64,000 bases of DNA from the IMG/VR virus record IMGVR_UViG_3300033153_010610, positions 1 through 64,000 of that record; one strand, given 5' to 3'. The stretch's first letter is position 1, and the number at the start of each line of letters is the position of its first letter. The notes under the pieces were generated by a model that was given only the letters and a program-made list of their open reading frames with translations, made no database searches and was not told where the DNA came from. The position numbers were made by a program, and so were the translations under genes. Positions 7,717 to 16,578 of the stretch are shown one piece after another. The stretch is from a virus.

Positions 7717-7998
7717 TCAGGGAGCAGGGATCTTCAGATACCTGTTTTGGGCATCCGCCACCCGCCCCTCGCGAATCGAAAGGGTGACGTCGATTCTGTC
7801 GTGGAACGCCGCAGACTTGGAGCCCACGTGCGACCACTGTGAGAATTCGCGGGGTAGGCTGGGCACAACGCTGGCGTTGCGCCGGAGTGCAGCCGCGACC
7901 GCTGCTGCGGTCTTGGCATCGGCATCGGGGGACGGGTCGCCGAGGTCCTCCCAGAGCCTGTCAAGTTCGTCCAACAATTGACGCGTTGATCCGTTCAT
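7717..7998 (-). CDS. Hypothetical protein (first gene of the leftward early region)
   Basis: AAGGGG RBS before MNGSTRQ. Confidence 0.6.
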   Translation of the reverse strand: MNGSTRQLLDELDRLWEDLGDPSPDADAKTAAAVAAALRRNASVVPSLPREFSQWSHVGSKSAAFHDRIDVTLSIREGRVADAQNRYLKIPAP

Positions 7999-8067
7999 TT
8001 TTCCCCTTGCGCACATTGTGCGCTCATGTAGGTGCCCAGGTGCGCATGTAGGCGCCTAGGCGTGTGT

Positions 8068-8302
8068 CCGCACCCGCACACCCGCTCGCACACCCGCACC
8101 CGCACGCCCGCACACGCGTGACCGACATGTAGGTGGAGTGCATTAACGTGGAGTGGAGTGGAGTGCATTAACGTGGAGTGCATTAACGTGGAGTGGAGTG
8201 GAGTGGAGTGGAGTGGAGTGCATACATGCACTCCACCTACATGTAGGTGGCGCGCATCACTTCACCGCACCTCACTTCACCTCACTCCACCGCACCTCAC
8301 TT
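8068..8302. repeat. Complex short-repeat and palindrome block
   Basis: CACCCG hexamer run, GGAGT pentamer arrays, three copies of GTGCATTAAC, 19-bp inverted repeat 8125-8143/8226-8244, 18-bp palindrome 8233-8250, CAC-based pentamer run. Confidence 0.9.
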
Positions 8303-9565
8303 ACAGTGTCGAATCTTGGCACCCTACCCTTGATGTATGCAAAGGTAGGATACCGACATTCGACACCGCAAATCGCGGTGTAGGTGTGTTGCATACCCTT
8401 GGCTACATTTAACCCTTATGTAGTCAGTTGTCGGTGTGTAGACTACCCTAGAAGACGACTCCCTATTCAGGATATAAAGTCCTAAATGTCTTGTGTCTAC
8501 CACGGAGTGTGTGACACCGACTCACGTTTGCCTACCATGTAGGCGTAAATCGCACACTACCGAATTTTGAAGTGTGAGACTCAAATTCTCACACAGTGTT
8601 TTTTCCGCTCAACTCAGGCTAACTTTCTACTGGAAAACCGCTAGGTTAGACCTAGTCGACAAGCCGCACACTTGCTCCCCATATGCACCTACATTTTAAA
8701 TCGGTACGGCGACCGCCCTAGCAAGCCTATGATTTCATTGCGAAATTTGGCGTCTGCCCCGGGCTATATGGGATTAGCATTCCAGAATACTTGCTTCGCT
8801 TCACGCTAAGCTACTGAAAACACTTCGCAACTTGCGCCCAAGTGACCCAAGTTGCGCGTTCTATGTGCGGCCGCCGGTTTTACCCGCTCAGGCCAATTGT
8901 CGAAAGCTTGTCCAGCGAATTTCGCTAGTCGGACGAATAGCAGTGCGAGCAGTGTGCCAAGATACCGGCGCACACCTGGACAAAGTGACAAGCGGTTGAT
9001 CTTGCTGGTGTTTTTGTTTTGGGTCCAGAATCCCGATTTTAAGCCCAGGATAGCCCAAGAAACGCCGCAAAGCTACGCCACTGCTCGAGTTCCGGCGTTT
9101 TGACCCCCCATTCTTGTATTCAAGCGAAACGACCCCCTAGAATACGCCTCGCCAAAAGATCACGATCGCGGAAACCCACGGCCAGCCTGCCCCAACCTCA
9201 GCTCTGCCTACATTTGACTACCAGAAAGATCTTCGCACTCCATGGCGAGATCCTGAATACGGCTCGGAGGCTCAGATCGTGCCTGGCACATACCCAGCCT
9301 CACTTTGCGACGATCCACGCCCTGAATACAAAAGATCCTACCACAGACCCAAATCTGGCCCAAAAACGCCGGAAACCTATACACCGGGCGGAGCTCCGGC
9401 CCTTTTGTCGCTTTTTTCTCTAGGTGTGACATCTGCACCGAAAACTAGCGAAGGTGTTGCAACCCACGCCCAGCCTCACTTTGCGGGCTTTCTGGACGTC
9501 ACTTTGTCGTGTAGGTGATACAGGCGAACGCCGCAAAGCTAGGCGGGCTCTCACTCACAAAGTAC

Positions 9566-9594
9566 TTGTAACAGAATCCTGGTTGTCGTAGAGT
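9566..9594 (+). promoter_or_regulatory. Sigma70-like promoter, probably giving a leaderless mRNA
   Basis: TTGTAA-17 nt-TAGAGT, 6 nt before ATG 9601, with no SD. Confidence 0.55.
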
Positions 9595-9600
9595 GCAGAC

Positions 9601-9960
9601 ATGGAAACGAACAACAACCAAATCAATCTTGACTCACTCGGCGCGGCAATCGTTCAACGCGCGGATGTTACGGCCGTTACGCTGGACAGTCCTCGGCGGA
9701 TGTTTTGGCGCATCGCCCGGGACAACCCGGTCGAGGTCACTCCGCTTGTTGATGGTCCGCATACTGTAGACTCCCCGCTTCTTGACGGTTTCACACCTGG
9801 AAGCGTTCTCGGCAATCACTCCGATATGATGCGTCAAATCTGGGAGTCGGCCCTTGCACTTCCCAATCTGCAAGCATACGAGATCAAAGGCATTCTAGCC
9901 AAATTGCTCGCTTTGAATGATACCGCGACCGATCTTCGCCTCGACAAGAACAATGCGTAA
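9601..9960 (+). CDS. Hypothetical protein (island operon gene 1)
   Basis: 119-aa ORF directly after the promoter. Confidence 0.7.
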   Translation: METNNNQINLDSLGAAIVQRADVTAVTLDSPRRMFWRIARDNPVEVTPLVDGPHTVDSPLLDGFTPGSVLGNHSDMMRQIWESALALPNLQAYEIKGILAKLLALNDTATDLRLDKNNA

Positions 9961-9982
9961 CAACGCAACTCAGGAGCACACA

Positions 9983-10348
9983 ATGCGAAGCAATATGAAG
10001 ATCCATCTCACTGACGCCACGATCGTGATAATCACTGTCGACTGCTCGAATTCCGGAATCACAACCAATATGCAACTGGTTTCTTCCGGACTTGAAGTGT
10101 TCAATATGTGGGCCCCACGCGCCGAGTCGATGTACATCTTGGACAATCTTTCAAGAGAGCCCGATATTGACGGACAGTGTGATCGCCTGCTCGCCAGATC
10201 CATCCCGCATTTCGACATTCAAGATCGATCGGTGGAAGGTATGGATCGGATGTGCACTCAGGAACGGCTTCGACTAGAAACGCGCTTTGAACGCTGGTGT
10301 CACTCGCTCAATTATCACTATTGGGTATCCGCTGGACTCTACGCGTAA
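9983..10348 (+). CDS. Hypothetical protein (island operon gene 2)
   Basis: ACTCAGGAGCACACA-ATG RBS. Confidence 0.75.
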   Translation: MRSNMKIHLTDATIVIITVDCSNSGITTNMQLVSSGLEVFNMWAPRAESMYILDNLSREPDIDGQCDRLLARSIPHFDIQDRSVEGMDRMCTQERLRLETRFERWCHSLNYHYWVSAGLYA

Positions 10349-10380
10349 ACCCGTTACTCACTCACTCAGGAGCACACACA

Positions 10381-10788
10381 ATGAACCGCACCACACTGAA
10401 TGCCCAACTGGCCGCAATCATGATCGGGACCGAGATCAAAGGCCTTATGAATGAGATCCTAGAATCCGCACCGATCAACCGCTTGGGAATTTTGACCTCA
10501 CTAGAAGAGATGGCGGTTGATCAATATTGGGACTGCCCACGCGCGTCTGACTATTGGGCCCACGTCCTACCTGAGGGCGGAGATCAAGGTCTGACCGAGT
10601 CCATCACTCTCCTTGCCACGCTAGAGCGCACACAAGGCATTCCTGAGCGTGACGATCGCGATGTACGAGACGACCCCGTTTATCAGTATTTGTTGTGGGA
10701 CTGCTCGCGGTGGGCATCATGTCTCGCGATCGACAACCAGATGTCAGCCCTGATAGCGCGTAATTCGAGCGGAGGGCCCTCCCAATGA
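10381..10788 (+). CDS. Hypothetical protein (island operon gene 3)
   Basis: ACTCAGGAGCACACACA-ATG RBS. Confidence 0.75.
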   Translation: MNRTTLNAQLAAIMIGTEIKGLMNEILESAPINRLGILTSLEEMAVDQYWDCPRASDYWAHVLPEGGDQGLTESITLLATLERTQGIPERDDRDVRDDPVYQYLLWDCSRWASCLAIDNQMSALIARNSSGGPSQ

Positions 10789-10955
10789 CGTCCACACGCT
10801 ATTCACGGGTTAACCCTTACCTAATCATTCTGACGGCCGTTAGCGTGCTAATGATCGCGATTCTGACGAAAGACGCGCATATGTTCCTGGACTCACTTTT
10901 TGCGCTTGTGTGGTCCACCCCGATCATGTGGATCGCGCTATCCTCCGAGATCTAG
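10785..10955 (+). CDS. Small membrane protein, 56 aa (not in the ORF track)
   Basis: GGAGG RBS and ATGA overlap; hydrophobic segments YLIILTAVSVLMIAIL and FALVWSTPIMWIAL. Confidence 0.6.
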   Translation: MTSTRYSRVNPYLIILTAVSVLMIAILTKDAHMFLDSLFALVWSTPIMWIALSSEI

Positions 10956-10982
10956 ATCCTACCCTCAGGAGCACCTACTAAG

Positions 10983-11011
10983 ACCCGATCCATCCCGATC
11001 GGGTTTTCTTT
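10983..11011 (+). terminator. Intrinsic terminator
   Basis: ACCCGATC-CATCCC-GATCGGGT followed by a T-rich tract. Confidence 0.75.
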
Positions 11012-12209
11012 CGACCACACAAAGATCTCGGTGTGACAACTTGTCACGATATCTCTGTACCCTAGCAATAGCCTCACTCTCCCAGTGTAGACACCTGTCT
11101 ACTTATAGCTAACATGCCGAGAACACTTGGGAATCGGACGGATGGTGTCGGCGCCAATACAAAAGGCCTATGATCTCGCATACTTACGCTCCATTGTCTC
11201 ATTCGGCGTGTATGCATGCATAGCATACCATGCATCACGTAAAGCCCGGAAGTCGAGGCTGGGCCTGGTGTCGAGGTGCCTGGCACCCACCTGTCGAAGT
11301 GACATCTGTAAAGCATATGTCGATCCATTATTGCAATCCATGCAAGAGAGCGGCTCACTCGGTGCTATCTCACTCGGCGCTAGTGTGTGAAGCGGAGGAT
11401 ACCAGGATGCAACGAGGCGAGCTCAGGCGTACCCTCCTGGCCTTCGCGCCCCTCTGCCTAGGCTTGGGTATACCCTAGGTCTCCATGGCGCGCATACGAC
11501 GCCTGAGGACCTTACAGAAAACGCCTTCGTCCCATGGCGCCAGTGTCATACCTCGGACCAGGTTTAGCTTCGACGTGTGGCGAGCAGGTGGCGAGCGCAA
11601 AGCTATACTGGGCTTCAACTTCATGGGATTCGAGGCTAATTTTAGACTCGAGCACCGACAAAAGTGTCGCATACTGGACACCCCCCCGGGGGAGTACTGA
11701 ACGCGCGAGCAGCCGCTATCAGCCCCCTTTTCAAACCGGCGACATTTCTTGAGAGCATTGGCCCTTCCCCTTCCCCTGTCGCATCCGTTTCCCTTCCCCG
11801 ATTGTTCAGTAGTGTTCAGTGTTGGTGTGTACGCACCAAGAATATATGCATTTGATGCAATGTGATGAACTGAGAGATTCTGGGTAGTTAGAGCAAAACG
11901 TTTAGGAGGGCCACGTTTTCCTGCGCGTGCGTCTATATAAGTAACGCATGTGCGCTCGGGCGCGCGAATATAGATCTAATAGTAAAGGGTAAGATCGGCC
12001 GGACTAAGTTGGGCAGTGAGCGCCTACCACTCGCTCCGTTCGACTCGTTTCGTCGTCGGCCTCCTCAACCTTGTCTCAGCTCCGCATTGTTAGTTTACCG
12101 CGCGAGGGTGCATAAGTAGATCAGCACAGATCTTTAGTAGCTAGAAGAGCGCGCGCGTGGGCGGGGGCGTGATGGGTTGAACGGTCAAGGAATCCTTGTC
12201 AGTTGGGGG

Positions 12210-12434
12210 TTAGTCGTTCCGGACGGCTTCGGCGGCCATGAGTAGGTGTAGGTGTAGGGCATCCCGAGCTCGGGTGGGTGAGGTTTCCCAGGGGCCATCG
12301 GCTCGGAAGACGGGTCCGTTGTGATTTTCGGTTTGTTCCCGTTGGACAGTTTCGATGGTAGCGGCGACGAGTTGGTTGGTGTTGTTTCCCTCGAGGTCGC
12401 CTATTTGGTGGACGATATCAATTTTGTACTTCAC
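12210..12434 (-). CDS. Hypothetical protein
   Basis: GTG start after AAGGAGGAG. Confidence 0.55.
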   Translation of the reverse strand: MKYKIDIVHQIGDLEGNNTNQLVAATIETVQREQTENHNGPVFRADGPWETSPTRARDALHLHLLMAAEAVRND

Positions 12435-12831
12435 GGGGGGGCTCCTCCTTCGACACGTCGAAGTTGGTGAGTGTGATGACAGGCACGAATCCTCCACCGT
12501 GCTCCACCCGACAGGTGGTCATCGGGGCGAATCGTCTCAGCAGGAGATCCTGACGGAACAGTTCGTCCAACTGTCCTCGACTCAGTTTGGTTTGGAGGAA
12601 ATGCAGGAAGTTCATGTTCGCCGTCATCACGAAGTACCCACGCCGCGTCTTTGGCTCGATTGGGTCGGCATCCAGGATCAGACTGTACTCCCAGATGGTG
12701 TTGTCGGTCCGGCTCCAGATGACCCCCGGGCAACTGTCCTTGAGGTTCTCGACCAGGTTGGGTTGGCCTTCGGTGGGGGGCGCCCCAACACGGGCCTTCG
12801 CGATGATATCTAGCGCTTCTTCGAGGGTCAT
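12418..12831 (-). CDS. Hypothetical protein
   Basis: TAGGAG RBS. Confidence 0.7.
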   Translation of the reverse strand: MTLEEALDIIAKARVGAPPTEGQPNLVENLKDSCPGVIWSRTDNTIWEYSLILDADPIEPKTRRGYFVMTANMNFLHFLQTKLSRGQLDELFRQDLLLRRFAPMTTCRVEHGGGFVPVITLTNFDVSKEEPPREVQN

Positions 12832-12882
12832 TTTGATCTCCTAAGCTCCACAAGTGTGCTTCTGGGGTAGTTGTACAGTTGT

Positions 12883-12916
12883 ATCCAAATTGGAACCAAC
12901 TGTTTCCAGATTGGAA
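12883..12916. promoter_or_regulatory. Two tandem operator-like palindromes in a divergent intergenic region
   Basis: ATCCA-AAT-TGGAA and TTCCA-GAT-TGGAA, 21 bp apart. Confidence 0.4.
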
Positions 12917-13033
12917 TGGGTTGGGAACTAGGGAGAAATGATGGTGGAACGTGAAGGAATGGGGTGACAACGTGGGTGGAACTGGGTAATATCGCTTTTG
13001 GGTTTAGTACTACCTTAGAGATGGAGGTCTCAG

Positions 13034-13225
13034 ATGAGCATCACTGAATCAATGGCCAAGTTTTTCCACGAGACGTACGAGCGGATGGCGCCGGACTACG
13101 AGTACGAGACTCGCAAAGAGTCGGCGGTGCCTTGGGATGAAGTGCCCGAGAACAACAAACGCCTCATGATCGCTGTGTGCGGTGATGTTCTGGCCTACTG
13201 GCGCCCGGAGTCCCCGGATGAGTGA
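13034..13225 (+). CDS. Conserved phage hypothetical protein
   Basis: GGAGG RBS; FHETYER..P..YETR..SAVPW..VPE.NK.LMIAV motif. Confidence 0.8.
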   Translation: MSITESMAKFFHETYERMAPDYEYETRKESAVPWDEVPENNKRLMIAVCGDVLAYWRPESPDE

Positions 13226-13607
13226 GCTCGCAAGACACCTGGTCACGCTGAAGGGTTTCCACTGGATGCCGCGGATGCGGTCCATCTGGTCCTACGACGA
13301 AACAGATAACGACCGGCCCTGTTACTGGGACTGCTCCCAAGACCCTCGCGGGTGGGTAAGTTGTGGCCCTATTGGACGAGGCGAGGAAGAGGACAACTTA
13401 GACTCAATCCCCGACCTGGACGATCCCGCGACCAAGGGCTGCGTTTTGGCATTGGTGCGCGAGGCCTTCGCGGTCGACGATTTGTTCGTCTGCCCCACGA
13501 TCAGTGGTCGGTGGGGCGTATACAGGGTCGCACTCGACATCCGGTTCCCCGTCAGAGGCCGGTCCGAGAAAGAGTCGATGGTCAACGCGTTGGAGGCAGC
13601 GCCGTGA
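13218..13607 (+). CDS. Hypothetical protein
   Basis: PDLDDPATKGCVLALVREA motif; coupled. Confidence 0.8.
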   Translation: MSELARHLVTLKGFHWMPRMRSIWSYDETDNDRPCYWDCSQDPRGWVSCGPIGRGEEEDNLDSIPDLDDPATKGCVLALVREAFAVDDLFVCPTISGRWGVYRVALDIRFPVRGRSEKESMVNALEAAP

Positions 13608-13912
13608 GCGAACAGGAAGTTGTGCAATCCGGGTGTGACCTGATTGTAGCGGAGCGACATCGCCAAATCACATCAGAGGGATGGGATGAGTCGCACGACG
13701 ATTCCCACGCCGACGGCGGCCTCGCCCTTGCTGCTGCCGTTTATGCGACGCCAAGCGCTCGGCGCCATTACGGCTGGCACGGGATGCCCCAAGGATGGCC
13801 ATGGGATGCACATTGGTTTAAGCCGGATACGCGGATTCGCGAATTGGTCAAAGCCGGGGCTCTAATCGCGGCGGAAATTGATAGGCTTCAAAGGCTGGAG
13901 GCAGCGCCGTGA
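13604..13912 (+). CDS. Conserved phage protein
   Basis: AERHRQITSEGW..HDD.H, WPW..WFKP, RELVKAGALIAAEIDRL: widespread phage family. Confidence 0.85.
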   Translation: MSEQEVVQSGCDLIVAERHRQITSEGWDESHDDSHADGGLALAAAVYATPSARRHYGWHGMPQGWPWDAHWFKPDTRIRELVKAGALIAAEIDRLQRLEAAP

Positions 13913-14322
13913 CTGGACTGGAAGGACCACTGTTTGCCCCGAAAGAGGATGCCTACCGCAAGTCTTTGTTTGGCCAGGGCGGCGGTCACTACAACATCTT
14001 CAAAACCCACAATCCAGACGCGGCCTTGGAACTGTTGCGGATCTGTTTTCCAGATGGGGTGTGTACCGAGGACAACTTCGTGCTGTTCTCCACGTCGGGG
14101 GTGCACGGTGGTTATGCGACCATCGAGTACATCGCAGGACCACAAGACCCATACCCGGGGGACCCTCGGACCACAGAGGTGACCTTTTTACTCGTCCAGC
14201 CCCGTCTCGTCAGCATGACCTACGGCAACGTTCGGGTGAGCCCTGAGAATGTGGAGTGGTTGAAAGGCCTGCGTCAGAGCAGTTGGGACGTAGTCCAGAC
14301 GATAGGAGAGAGCGATGAGTGA
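13909..14322 (+). CDS. Hypothetical protein
   Basis: LFSTSGVHG motif; coupled. Confidence 0.8.
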   Translation: MTGLEGPLFAPKEDAYRKSLFGQGGGHYNIFKTHNPDAALELLRICFPDGVCTEDNFVLFSTSGVHGGYATIEYIAGPQDPYPGDPRTTEVTFLLVQPRLVSMTYGNVRVSPENVEWLKGLRQSSWDVVQTIGESDE

Positions 14323-14548
14323 TATCAAAAAGGCCTTAGACAGCGCCGAGGCGGCCATAGCCTTCTCAGTTGGAGACTGGAGTCAGGACCGGCACTCCGC
14401 CTGGGTCTACGGCATCATCTGTGGATGGGAGGACGCGATGGAAGAAGTCGCGGAGCGGTTTGGGTGGAATGAGAAAGCGGTGGAGCGTCTTGGCCGGCAT
14501 CGCGCGGCGGTGTTGGAGTTGACGTCAGATGGAGGAGAAGATGACTGA
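14315..14548 (+). CDS. Hypothetical protein
   Basis: AGGAG RBS; coupled. Confidence 0.75.
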   Translation: MSDIKKALDSAEAAIAFSVGDWSQDRHSAWVYGIICGWEDAMEEVAERFGWNEKAVERLGRHRAAVLELTSDGGEDD

Positions 14549-15353
14549 ACTTGAGGAAGCGTTGGTTGAGTGGCGGGGTCTCGACCAACTACGTCAGGAG
14601 TACCCGGCTTACATTCTGTGGGAGGCGTTCAACTCTGCGGACAGGCTTCGCAAGCAGTCTGCACATGAAGAGTTACGGGCCATGGAGAAAGACGCCGCGC
14701 TTTGTGCCGGTGGTCTCCGGCTGGCAGCTCTTTTGCTGATTGCCGCCGCAGGTTCAGAGGACGTCCACCAGGTCGATGGTTTGAAGTCGGCCCACAAGGA
14801 CCTCAGGGATTGCCAAGCTCGGCTCGTAGGGCGTGCTAATGACGTGGCAAAGCTCCAGGCTGAGGTCAAACGTCTTCAGGAGTTGCAAGGTAACCTCACC
14901 AAGGTCATCGCCGAGGTCGACCAAGAGGTGGTGGACTTGAAGGCCTCCCTTGAGGTCAGCGCCGGCCTCAACCAAAACCTTCACCGTGACATCTCTAATT
15001 TGAGGGTGGACAACGAAAAGCTCTTCAAGGAGAACGTCGGGCTCGCTCAACGGGATCGGGCCAATGGATGGGAGCGATTCGACCGTCTTCAGGAGGAGGT
15101 CGATGCCTACCGGGCGGGTGAGGTCGCTGAGCTCGTACTCCAGCGAGAGGAGATCTCCTCCCTCGACAAAGAGGCGGTCGAACTACGAAGTGCGCTTGCG
15201 CTCTCCGAGGATGCGAATGGGGCCCTCTTAGAGTCCCTCGCCGAGATGACCTCTGCTCGGAACCGATTCCGGGTGGCGCTGGCAATGAAGAAGGACAGCG
15301 ACAACGACAACGACAACGACCGATCTTGGTTGGATGAGCACAGAGGGAGATGA
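14541..15353 (+). CDS. Coiled-coil protein
   Basis: Heptad-rich L/E/K/Q sequence; GGAGGAG RBS. Confidence 0.8.
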   Translation: MTELEEALVEWRGLDQLRQEYPAYILWEAFNSADRLRKQSAHEELRAMEKDAALCAGGLRLAALLLIAAAGSEDVHQVDGLKSAHKDLRDCQARLVGRANDVAKLQAEVKRLQELQGNLTKVIAEVDQEVVDLKASLEVSAGLNQNLHRDISNLRVDNEKLFKENVGLAQRDRANGWERFDRLQEEVDAYRAGEVAELVLQREEISSLDKEAVELRSALALSEDANGALLESLAEMTSARNRFRVALAMKKDSDNDNDNDRSWLDEHRGR

Positions 15354-15757
15354 TGACGAGCGAGAAGCACACATGGTCGGACGTCCCTGAGGAGTTTCGG
15401 CAGTACACGTACTCCACGTTGGTCGACCAGTACGAGCAGATGCTCAAAGCGCACGACAAGGCTCGTGAGCGTGGGTTGATCCCGCTGGCGGAGAGACTGA
15501 AGGCCCAGTCCGTTGCGCTGGACTACGCGTTGGTGGAGTTGGGGTACGAGTGGCCTCCTATGAAAGAGGAGGATTCTCCTGCTCGGGGTTGGAATACCGA
15601 CATAAGTTGGACGTTCGACGCCCGCGAGGTACCCGCCCCGAAGTGGAAGCCGTGTGCGGACTGCGGCGGCACTGGCGACTGTCGGGGCAAAAACGCGCAC
15701 GAGCGAGAGTGGCAGGAGTGCTTCACGTGCGACGGCTCCGGCGAGGTGCCAGCATGA
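15350..15757 (+). CDS. Protein with DnaJ-type CxxCxGxG zinc finger
   Basis: CADCGGTG and CFTCDGSG. Confidence 0.8.
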   Translation: MMTSEKHTWSDVPEEFRQYTYSTLVDQYEQMLKAHDKARERGLIPLAERLKAQSVALDYALVELGYEWPPMKEEDSPARGWNTDISWTFDAREVPAPKWKPCADCGGTGDCRGKNAHEREWQECFTCDGSGEVPA

Positions 15758-16578
15758 GTGAGTACTTTGAAGCGGGCGATGTGGTCTATCTGACAGGCGG
15801 GCGCAAGGCGAAGTACGTAGCCTCTGTCGAAGATGCTCACCTCATTCGATTGATGTACGAAGATGACGGGGCCGGAGAACCGCACGAGTGGCTTGGAGAT
15901 CCGGTGGTAGTCTCGGTGATCCACCGCCACCCGCCTCGAGCGCAGTGCGACGCCGAGATCGCCTGTTTGAGCCAGACAATTTCGGAGAAAGCCCAGGAGC
16001 TTTCCGAACTGCAAGCCCAGATGCGAGAGCACAGACGTCTACTCGATAAGCTCTCGAAGCAGGTCCCAGTGCTGCAGCACATCGAGGACGTGATCGAGGA
16101 CCGGATTACCCACTTCGTTATGATCGATTATAGTGTAGCCACGATCAAAACGAAGACCGATGCTCTCAAGATTGGTGACGATTCATGGAGTGGTGACCTA
16201 CGTTTGCTCTCTCTACATGGGAAGAGCAAAGGTGAACTCGCCTGGAGAATCAATCGCTACGCTGACGGCTCCGGGAACTACCACACTGCCATCCCATGCA
16301 TCTCTGAGGATGAGGCCCGAACATGGGTGCAAGAGTGGGCGCTAAAAATGATCGCTGGGGGGAAAACATACGATATCGGGCAGGCCGTCGAATCTCTGAA
16401 GCTTGCTGGGTTGCCAGTACCTCCCGCCGCCGAGCTCACGGTAGAATTGGAACTGTTGAAGCGGATGTCGTCCGCCCATAAGAGGGCCAGCATAGCGTGG
16501 GAGAAGGAGCAGGCAAGTATGGCAGCGCAGTTCGCCATAGTCGCACAACTCCGAGCGCGAGGGTCTTCCGATGAGTGA
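15754..16578 (+). CDS. Hypothetical phage protein
   Basis: ATGA overlap; LRLLSL.G.S.G.L.W.IN.Y.DGSG motif. Confidence 0.8.
   Translation: MSEYFEAGDVVYLTGGRKAKYVASVEDAHLIRLMYEDDGAGEPHEWLGDPVVVSVIHRHPPRAQCDAEIACLSQTISEKAQELSELQAQMREHRRLLDKLSKQVPVLQHIEDVIEDRITHFVMIDYSVATIKTKTDALKIGDDSWSGDLRLLSLHGKSKGELAWRINRYADGSGNYHTAIPCISEDEARTWVQEWALKMIAGGKTYDIGQAVESLKLAGLPVPPAAELTVELELLKRMSSAHKRASIAWEKEQASMAAQFAIVAQLRARGSSDE

Larger units (their letters stand above)
7177..7730. repeat. Dispersed and tandem CAGGG(A) repeats, including a 23-bp direct repeat at 7177-7199 and 7290-7312
   Basis: About 19 CAGGG units by eye, almost all in intergenic gaps. Confidence 0.85.

Noticed and set aside
6078-8302. CRISPR array
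   Set aside because: The repeats are either two 103-bp copies around a gene or tandem pentamers without unique spacers; no cas genes in the window
7995-9518. Short ORFs across the repeat and hairpin tract (for example the TPLHS and VEWSG repeats)
   Set aside because: Translations of simple repeats with no RBS and no phage-like codon usage
15300-15320. GACAAC hexamer repeat (similar 9-mer repeat near 43050-43083)
   Set aside because: In-frame low-complexity coding tails; no sign of phase variation
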